Source: an uncultured Desulfobacter sp. (GTDB lineage Bacteria; Desulfobacterota; Desulfobacteria; Desulfobacterales; Desulfobacteraceae). From it: DNA of 64,000 nucleotides. Below, piece after piece: positions 57,064-64,000 of this stretch. Each line of letters begins with the position of its first letter. Within the stretch, counting starts at the first letter, position 1. The position numbers were made by a program, and so were the translations under genes. The notes beneath the pieces were generated by a model, which did not search any database, was not told where the DNA came from, and was given only the letters and a program-made list of their open reading frames with translations. Location: the NCBI GenBank assembly GCA_963665095.1, contig OY762069.1, positions 160,001 to 224,000 of the forward strand. The letters are read 5' to 3'.

Positions 57064-57398
57064 CCGCCCCTTGCCTTGCCAACACATAAGACCTCTTGTC
57101 TTTTTGAATTGCTGCCTCTCCCTTCCGCGAAAAAGTAAAAGCAATAAGAGATATTTCGGAATCAGGAGGGCAAATATCCGTCGTTATATAAGTTGTAATC
57201 AATAAGATTCCCCTGTCTTCGAACCGACTGTTTTGCAAGGTCATCCAAAAATTTCAAATTAAATAAATTTCTATTGACAAGAATCAGATTCATATTCTAT
57301 TAAGCATTAATATTGTTAATAAATATTAATTCTATTAACATTAATTCAATTAATATTTATGTAATTAATTCTTATTTCATACCTATAAGGGGGGGACA

Positions 57399-58454
57399 AT
57401 GGCGAAAATCAGATTCGATCTTGTTATTTGTTTGGTGCTTGTTTTTTCATTTGCCTGTGGCCTTGGCAATGCGTTGGGGGCGGACAAGGTGTATGAATGG
57501 AAATTTGTTCTGGACTGGCCTGAGACTGATATCAGTAATCAAAAAGTCGCCCCGAAGTTTGCAAAATGGCTGGAAGCTGAATCCAACGGCCGTTTGAAGC
57601 TCAAGATATACGGAGGGGGACAACTGGTGCCGGCCGTTCAGTCCTTTGACAATCTGCGTGCCGGGACCTTTCAACTGCTGGCCACATGTGGCGCCTATCA
57701 TGGCGGGAAAGTGCCGGTTGCCAACGCCGCTTTCGTGCTGCCCATGGGGCCAAGAGGGGCGGATGATTACTGGCGTTTGTATTTTGAATACGGGCTTAAG
57801 GACCTTCTATCCGAGGCCTATAAGGAACATGGTGTCGAGTTCTTGACCATAACGCCATGGAGCGGCTTGAATGTTCTGTCAAAAAAGCCGCTCCGTACTC
57901 TGGCCGATTTCAAGGGCATTAAAATCAGAACAGCTGGCATTCAGGCCGCGTTATGGAAGAGCGTTGGTGCAAGTGCCGTATTTATTCCCAGCGGGGAGAT
58001 ATATCTCTCCTTACAGCAGGGTGTTGTGGATGCTGCAACCTGGTCCAATCCTGCCATTGACGGCTTGAAACTGTCTGAAGTGACAAAATATATGGTCTGC
58101 GGTTACCCAACGCCCCCGGGAAGCTCACTGAGTGCCGGCAGCGGCGTTCTGATTGCAAATGCCAAGGCATTTGGGAAGTTGCCCCAGGATTTACAGAAGG
58201 TGGTCCAGGATTGTGCGCTGAAATACGGGTTATTAACATCGGCGGTATATCGGGACTTTGACAACGAGTTTTTCAGCGGTGGCGACAAAAAAAGAGGCAT
58301 GGAGGCAATCTCATTGTCCAAGGAAGAGACTGATAAACTCAGAGGTATTGCCATGGAGGAGATCTGGCCCAAAGTTTCCGGGAAAGACAAGCGAAGCGCC
58401 CAATATGTTGACAGTGTAAAACAGCTTTTTAAAGATGAAGGGGTCATAAAATAG
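57399..58454 (+). CDS. dctP: TRAP transporter substrate-binding protein
   Basis: Signal peptide; ESNGRLKLKIYGGGQLV, SKKPLRTLADFKGIKIR and EIYLSLQQGVVDA motifs. Confidence 0.92.
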   Translation: MAKIRFDLVICLVLVFSFACGLGNALGADKVYEWKFVLDWPETDISNQKVAPKFAKWLEAESNGRLKLKIYGGGQLVPAVQSFDNLRAGTFQLLATCGAYHGGKVPVANAAFVLPMGPRGADDYWRLYFEYGLKDLLSEAYKEHGVEFLTITPWSGLNVLSKKPLRTLADFKGIKIRTAGIQAALWKSVGASAVFIPSGEIYLSLQQGVVDAATWSNPAIDGLKLSEVTKYMVCGYPTPPGSSLSAGSGVLIANAKAFGKLPQDLQKVVQDCALKYGLLTSAVYRDFDNEFFSGGDKKRGMEAISLSKEETDKLRGIAMEEIWPKVSGKDKRSAQYVDSVKQLFKDEGVIK

Positions 58455-58567
58455 TCAGGGCGGGTTTCAAGTTTCCTCAAACTGTAAATCTGGAAGATCA
58501 GGCTTCGGGGATGGGGCCCGCGAAATAACGTCCCGTCCCCGCTTCCTGGCATAGCGAGCGAATTAGG

Positions 58568-59095
58568 ATGAATAAACTACATTGGTGTTTTGAATTGGTT
58601 AATAAAACGAATAGAAGGATCGGCATTGCCGTAAGCTATTCAATTCCCCTGTTAGGCCTGCTGCTCGTATTTGAAATCATCATGAGGTATGTATTTAACC
58701 GGCCCACCACATGGGTACACGATATCAGCCAGTTTCTTTTCGGCATCGGATATATGCTGGGAGCCGGGTATACACTGCTGATAGACGGCCATGCCAATAT
58801 GGATATGCTGTACAACCGATTCGGAGAAAAGGGCAGGGCGCTTCTGAACACACTATCAGGCGTGCTCTTTCTGTTTTTCATGAGCATTTTAATATGGAAA
58901 TGCGGCATTATGGCATGGGACTCTTTAAAGTACAAAGAGGTTCTGACGCAAAGCTCTTTTGAGCCTCCCATTTATCCCATGAAAATCATTTTATTCATCG
59001 GATGTCTGCTGCTCGGACTGCAGGGCGTGGTAAAGCTGCTGGAGAATATTCTGGTGCTGTTTGGCATGGAATTGGATTTAAAAACAAAGGATTAA
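58568..59095 (+). CDS. dctQ: TRAP transporter small permease
   Basis: Four TM segments; IMRYVFNRPTTW and HANMD motifs. Confidence 0.9.
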   Translation: MNKLHWCFELVNKTNRRIGIAVSYSIPLLGLLLVFEIIMRYVFNRPTTWVHDISQFLFGIGYMLGAGYTLLIDGHANMDMLYNRFGEKGRALLNTLSGVLFLFFMSILIWKCGIMAWDSLKYKEVLTQSSFEPPIYPMKIILFIGCLLLGLQGVVKLLENILVLFGMELDLKTKD

Positions 59096-59101
59096 AAGGA
59101 T

Positions 59102-60415
59102 ATGGGGACCGGAACGATTACCTTATTGTTGTTTTCCTCTTTGCTGATACTGTTGCTCACCGGGATGCCTCTGGCCTTCTGCCTCTCTGTGGTATCCGTT
59201 GTATTCACAATATTCCTCTGGGGGCCTGAGGCACTATTTCAAATTGCATCAACCACATTCGGATATACATTGAATATTATTCTCATTGCCATTCCGCTGT
59301 TTGTTTTCATGGCAAATATTCTTCAGGTTTCCGATATCGCAGATGATCTGTATGACACCTTTTACCGCTGGACCAGCCGGCTGAATGGCGGACTTGCCAT
59401 GGGCACGGTGGGGATCTGCGGCATATTTGCGGCCATGTCCGGGTTAAGCGGTGCAGCAACGGTCAGTATGGGGCTGATAGCGATTCCGTCCATGCTCAAA
59501 CGCGGTTACGATAAAAATCTTGCTGTGGGGTGTGTGGCAGCAGGCGGTGCGCTCGGGATACTGATACCGCCAAGCGTAGTCATGATCATTTATGCTGTGT
59601 TCTGCGGCGTCTCTGTTGGCAAGCTGTTTGTGGCAGGCGTGCTTCCTGGCATTCTTCTGGCCGGCCTGTTTGTGGTGTATATTCTGGTGCGCTGCCAGAT
59701 TAATCCGGAGATGGGCCCTCCGGTGCCCGAGGGTGAGCGAGCCACCTTTATTGAAAAACTCCAGTCGTTAAAATCTATTATTTTACCGTCACTTCTGATC
59801 CTGTCGGTGATCGGAAGTATTTTCTTTGGCCTTGCCACCCCCACGGAAGCCGCTGCTGTCGGCGCAATAGGCAGCCTTTTGTGCGCGTTGTCAAAAAGAA
59901 AACTGTCATGGGACAAACTCAGACAGGCCTGTGAAAAAACTCTTATTTTATCTACGATGATTATGTGGATTGTAATTGGAGCCTCTTGTTTCGCCAGTGT
60001 GTACACAGCACTGGGTGCACCTGATTTCCTCAATGACATCATCATGACCGCCGGCCTGGGGAAGTGGACAATTCTTATCATCCTGCAGCTTACCTACTTC
60101 ATTCTGGGCATGCTCATGGATCCCACCGGCATTGTGATGATAACCACCCCTGTTTATATACCGATTATCAAGGCGCTGGGCTTTGATCCAATCTGGTTTG
60201 GCATTTTATTTATCATCAACATGGAGATGGGTTATATTACGCCTCCCTTTGGCTATAACCTTTTTTACATCAGATCCATTGTGCCGCGCCATGTCATCAG
60301 TATGAAACAAATTTATTTGTCTGTATTTCCCTTTATTGTCCTTCAGGCCATCTGTTTAATACTGCTGATTCTGTTTCCCCAGATTGCCCTGTGGCTTCCG
60401 TCAATTATGGGCTAA
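59102..60415 (+). CDS. dctM: TRAP transporter large permease
   Basis: AIPLFVFM, GGLA, LGILIPPS, ATPTEAAA and ITPPFG motifs. Confidence 0.93.
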   Translation: MGTGTITLLLFSSLLILLLTGMPLAFCLSVVSVVFTIFLWGPEALFQIASTTFGYTLNIILIAIPLFVFMANILQVSDIADDLYDTFYRWTSRLNGGLAMGTVGICGIFAAMSGLSGAATVSMGLIAIPSMLKRGYDKNLAVGCVAAGGALGILIPPSVVMIIYAVFCGVSVGKLFVAGVLPGILLAGLFVVYILVRCQINPEMGPPVPEGERATFIEKLQSLKSIILPSLLILSVIGSIFFGLATPTEAAAVGAIGSLLCALSKRKLSWDKLRQACEKTLILSTMIMWIVIGASCFASVYTALGAPDFLNDIIMTAGLGKWTILIILQLTYFILGMLMDPTGIVMITTPVYIPIIKALGFDPIWFGILFIINMEMGYITPPFGYNLFYIRSIVPRHVISMKQIYLSVFPFIVLQAICLILLILFPQIALWLPSIMG

Positions 60416-60463
60416 AGGGCCGGCAATGAACTGATTTATTAAAACAAGGAGTCTTTTAAGCCA

Positions 60464-62110
60464 ATGATTACTGATACCAAGATAATAGAAAAGGCCGGCT
60501 CTGCCTATGAATATCCTTTGTTGATCAAGCAGTTGCTCCATACCTCAGTTGTACATGCCCGGGATAATGAGATTGTCTACCGCGGGACCATGCGCTTTAC
60601 CTATGACCAGTTGATGGAACGGATGAAACGCCTGGCTTCCGGGCTTGGGAAGATCGGCGTAACCCCGGGCGATGTTGTGGCATTTTTAGACTGGGATTCC
60701 TATCGGTACCTTGAAGGGTATTTTGCCATTCCCGGGGTCGGTGCTGTATTGCATACGGTGAACGTCCGCCTGAGCCCTGAGCAGATTCTGTTTACCATGG
60801 ACCATGCCAGTGATGCTGTGGTTTTCGTACACCAGGATTTCGTGCCCATAGTTGAATCCATCGCCCACAAACTGCCTTTGGTGAAAAAGTGGATTCTTAT
60901 CAGGGAACCTGACCAGCCGGCCCCTGACACGAAAATGGATTTTTACATGGAATATGAGGCGTTACTGGCCCTTGGGGAGCCTGACCATGAATTCCCCGAG
61001 TTTGATGAAAATTCCATGGCCACCTTAAGTTATACCACAGGCACCACAGGTGATCCCAAAGGGGTATATTTCAGTCACCGCCAGATCGTGCTTCATACCC
61101 TGGGCGGCATTATATCCTATGCCGCTGTGAAACCCACCGGGGGATTACACGCAGGAGATATCTATATGCCCATGACCCCCATGTTTCATGTCCATGCCTG
61201 GGGATTTCCTTACCAGGCCACCATGCTGGGGCTCAAGCAGGTCTATCCGGGCCGTTACGAGCCGGATCTGCTTGTGCATCTCCAGCAAACCGAAGGGGTG
61301 ACCTTCAGCCATTGCGTGCCAACGATCATGAACATGGTGCTGGACAGCCCCGCTGCTGCCGGGGTTGATTTTACAGGCTGGAAGGTGTGCATTGGCGGTT
61401 CAGCCCTTACACGGGGGCTGGCCGGCCGCGCCATGAATGCAGGCATAGATATTTATCCCGGCTACGGGATGAGCGAAACCTGTCCAGTCGTCTCCATCAG
61501 CAAACTGGGCAGCAGGGTGCGCAACATGGACCGTGAGGCCCAGCTGGATTATCGGTGCTTAACCGGCATGCCGGCCCCTCTGGTGGACGTCAGGATCATG
61601 GATCACAGCATGACCCCCCTGCCCATGGACGGAAAGAGTATTGGGGAAATTTGTATCCGCGCCCCCTGGCTTACCCAGGGATATTTAAATTCCCCGCAAA
61701 AAAGTGAAGAACTGTGGGAAGGCGGATATCTGCACACCGGGGATGTGGCTGTGCAGAATCCGGATGGTTTTTTTCAAATCACAGACCGCATGAAAGATGT
61801 CATTAAAACAGGCGGGGAATGGGTCAGTACCATTGAACTGGAGGATCTGATCAGTGGTCATCCATCCGTGGCTGAAGTGGCTGTGGTGGGTATCCCCGAT
61901 GATAAGTGGGGCGAGCGTCCCATGGCGCTGGTGGTGCCGGCCGAGGGTCACAGCTGCGATGCCGGGGATATCAGGCAGTATTTAATGCAGTTTGTGGATA
62001 AGGGCGCGATTAATAAATGGAGTATTCCACAGCGGGTCGAAATTACCCGCGAAATACCTAAAACTTCCGTGGGGAAAATAGATAAAAAGCGCATTCGAAG
62101 TACGCTTTAA
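60464..62110 (+). CDS. Medium-chain fatty acid--CoA ligase (AlkK/DmdB-like)
   Basis: YTTGTTGDPKGV, PMFHVHAWGFPY, GYGMSET, DVIKTGGEW and PKTSVGK motifs. Confidence 0.9.
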   Translation: MITDTKIIEKAGSAYEYPLLIKQLLHTSVVHARDNEIVYRGTMRFTYDQLMERMKRLASGLGKIGVTPGDVVAFLDWDSYRYLEGYFAIPGVGAVLHTVNVRLSPEQILFTMDHASDAVVFVHQDFVPIVESIAHKLPLVKKWILIREPDQPAPDTKMDFYMEYEALLALGEPDHEFPEFDENSMATLSYTTGTTGDPKGVYFSHRQIVLHTLGGIISYAAVKPTGGLHAGDIYMPMTPMFHVHAWGFPYQATMLGLKQVYPGRYEPDLLVHLQQTEGVTFSHCVPTIMNMVLDSPAAAGVDFTGWKVCIGGSALTRGLAGRAMNAGIDIYPGYGMSETCPVVSISKLGSRVRNMDREAQLDYRCLTGMPAPLVDVRIMDHSMTPLPMDGKSIGEICIRAPWLTQGYLNSPQKSEELWEGGYLHTGDVAVQNPDGFFQITDRMKDVIKTGGEWVSTIELEDLISGHPSVAEVAVVGIPDDKWGERPMALVVPAEGHSCDAGDIRQYLMQFVDKGAINKWSIPQRVEITREIPKTSVGKIDKKRIRSTL

Positions 62111-62145
62111 CCTTTTATAAATTACGGCAATGGAGGCTTTCCAGA

Positions 62146-62682
62146 ATGGAGCAACCTGTAAAAACCATTTTATTCCTATCTGATCTTACCGTGAACATGA
62201 AGCAGGTCTTCCAGCATGCAGGGGCTCTGGCTGCTGCCCAGCATGCGGAAATTATTATCCTCCATGTAATGGAAGAAGATCCGGCAATTGAGAAAAGAGT
62301 CCGCATGGTCTTTGACGAAACAATTTACAGCAACCTGAAGTCAGAGCATAAAAGCGGTGCCCGCAATATACTCATCGGGAAAAATGTAGAGGCCCAGAAA
62401 ATAAGACATGCAATGACAGGCTTTTTCGGCGGGGAGGATAGTGGCCAGGCAAAGCAGGCAGATTCCCTGATCAAAAAGATACTTGTTGCCGAAGGCCGCT
62501 CCGTGGCCAGTGAGATCATTGAGACCAGCCTGGCCGAGAACTGTGATATGATCGTGATGGGGTGCAGACCGCAGAGCCTTCTGGCTGAAGTGATCGGGGA
62601 TAAGCTGGTCCGAAAGGTTCTGAAACGCGCCAGCATCCCGGTGCTTGTTGTCCCCATCAAAGAGCAGGCAGCACAGCCGTAG
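62146..62682 (+). CDS. Universal stress protein (UspA family)
   Basis: KTILFLSDL, IIILHV, CDMIVMG and VLKRASIPVLVVP motifs. Confidence 0.88.
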   Translation: MEQPVKTILFLSDLTVNMKQVFQHAGALAAAQHAEIIILHVMEEDPAIEKRVRMVFDETIYSNLKSEHKSGARNILIGKNVEAQKIRHAMTGFFGGEDSGQAKQADSLIKKILVAEGRSVASEIIETSLAENCDMIVMGCRPQSLLAEVIGDKLVRKVLKRASIPVLVVPIKEQAAQP

Positions 62683-62786
62683 ACAGCCTGACTGTTATGG
62701 CCTAAAAAAAGAAAATATCCTGATACATATTGCCGGGGTGGGGCGCATGTGGTATTTCCCTCCAGATTTAGATTAACTGATTTTCC

Positions 62787-63287
62787 ATGGAGGAAGACGT
62801 GAATACACAGACTTGCCCCTGCGGCAGCAGTAACGCCTTTGCTGAATGCTGTGAACCCGTTATCACAGGCACCGAACCCGCCCGGACCGCAGAGCAGCTG
62901 ATGCGGGCGCGCTATACCGCTTACACCAGTGCGGCGGTTGACTTTATCTTTGAGTCCACCCATCCGGACTACCGGGACGGATACGACCATGCCGGCACCA
63001 AATCATGGGCCCAGGACTCTGAATGGATAGGGCTTGAAATTGTTTCAACGGAAAAGGGCGGCCCCGAGGACCAGGACGGCACGGTTGAGTTTATTGCCAA
63101 TTACCGGAATAACGGTATTGTCCAAAAGCACCATGAACTTGGCCACTTTTCAAAGGAAGAGGATACCTGGCTTTTTACCACCGGCGATATGGTAAAGCCA
63201 AAACCGGCGATTTCCACCAAGGTTGGCCGGAACGAACCCTGTCCCTGCGGCAGCGGAAAGAAATATAAGAAATGCTGCGGAAAATAA
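62787..63287 (+). CDS. ychJ: YchJ family SEC-C motif protein
   Basis: CPCGS...[21 protein letters not shown] and C-terminal [19 protein letters not shown]. Confidence 0.9.
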   Translation: MEEDVNTQTCPCGSSNAFAECCEPVITGTEPARTAEQLMRARYTAYTSAAVDFIFESTHPDYRDGYDHAGTKSWAQDSEWIGLEIVSTEKGGPEDQDGTVEFIANYRNNGIVQKHHELGHFSKEEDTWLFTTGDMVKPKPAISTKVGRNEPCPCGSGKKYKKCCGK

Positions 63288-63344
63288 CCGTTGTCTGAAA
63301 CAGCGATCCGAACGTATTTACTATATCAGAAAAAAATACCTGCC

Positions 63345-64000
63345 TTAATTCGTTATGATGGTAGCATCTACGGCCACGGGCATACCGTTTTTGATGATAA
63401 TCGGATTGATATCGATCTCCTGAATGGCCGGAACGTTATTCGCAAGCTGTCCCAAAGAGACGATGATCTTAGCCAGAGCCTCACGGTCCACCGGGGCAGC
63501 ACCTCTGAAGCCGTTTAAAAGCGACTGGCTTTTCAGGCGAAAGGTCATGTCCATGGCCTCCTGAAGTGTCAGGGGGGCCATGGAAAAGGCCACATCCTGT
63601 ATCGCTTCAGCAAAAACGCCGCCAACACCGCACATGACACAGGGACCAAAATAGGGATCCCGCATCACCCCGAGGATCAGCTCCAGGTCCTTTTCCACCT
63701 GTTTCTGCATCAGGATCCGGGTATGTTCCGGTGCACCTGTCTTTAAAGCGTTAAAAATCTGTCCGGCCTGGTCTTTGGACCGGATATCCAGGCGCACAAG
63801 CCCCATTTCAGTTTTATGTACCTCGCCGGGAACAAGGCCTTTCATCACCACGGGCCAGCCGAGCTGTTCGCCTGTTTCTGCAGCGTCGGCTTCCGATGTA
63901 ACCACCTTTTCCGCCACCACAGGGACTCCAGCCAGACCAAGAATTTTTTTGGAAATGTGTTCGTCTGCCACGCCGTTGATACGGTCGATGAGATCAAGAC
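63345..64000 (-). CDS. ADP-forming acyl-CoA synthetase ATP-grasp domain, 5'-truncated by window edge
   Basis: WPVVMKG, HKTEMGLV, RDPYFGP, EIDINP and AVDA motifs. Frame open to the window end. Confidence 0.85.
   Translation of the reverse strand, partial: LDLIDRINGVADEHISKKILGLAGVPVVAEKVVTSEADAAETGEQLGWPVVMKGLVPGEVHKTEMGLVRLDIRSKDQAGQIFNALKTGAPEHTRILMQKQVEKDLELILGVMRDPYFGPCVMCGVGGVFAEAIQDVAFSMAPLTLQEAMDMTFRLKSQSLLNGFRGAAPVDREALAKIIVSLGQLANNVPAIQEIDINPIIIKNGMPVAVDATIITN

Noticed and set aside
57313..57597. ORF beginning MLININSINININ
   Set aside because: It is a translation of the AT-rich promoter array and overlaps dctP out of frame.
1..64000. CRISPR array, tRNA or rRNA genes, prophage, selenocysteine recoding
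   Set aside because: No regularly spaced repeats, RNA-gene signatures, phage genes or in-frame TGA splits in redox genes were noticed. This was visual inspection only.

Overview
Chromosomal window from an anaerobic deltaproteobacterium, probably Desulfobacteraceae-like (inferred from gene content). From left to right it holds: a hybrid sensor kinase and a TetR regulator; a sigma54-driven nifB outside any nif cluster; a 1795-aa pseudokinase/STAND-ATPase/GAF/sigma54-activator fusion divergent from a non-pyrrolysine MttB-family methyltransferase operon with two unusual permeases; an acyl-CoA ligase and carboxyltransferase; parAB, an ispH-UbiA fusion and fapA; a sigma54-driven two-subunit GltD-linked [FeFe]-hydrogenase; an HDOD protein, class I adenylate cyclase and TPR pseudo-receiver; prpE; a cobalamin-riboswitch operon; a decayed IS66 beside a collapsed liv operon; pta; and a TRAP transporter with a CoA ligase. 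The strongest candidate for an undescribed system is the cobalamin-riboswitch operon. It couples a TonB receptor and metal-chelate ABC importer to a DPOR-like nitrogenase-like reductase (NflH plus two component-1 subunits). A structured ERIC-like intergenic repeat with compensatory base changes occurs three times. All calls come from reading motifs by eye; no searches were run.
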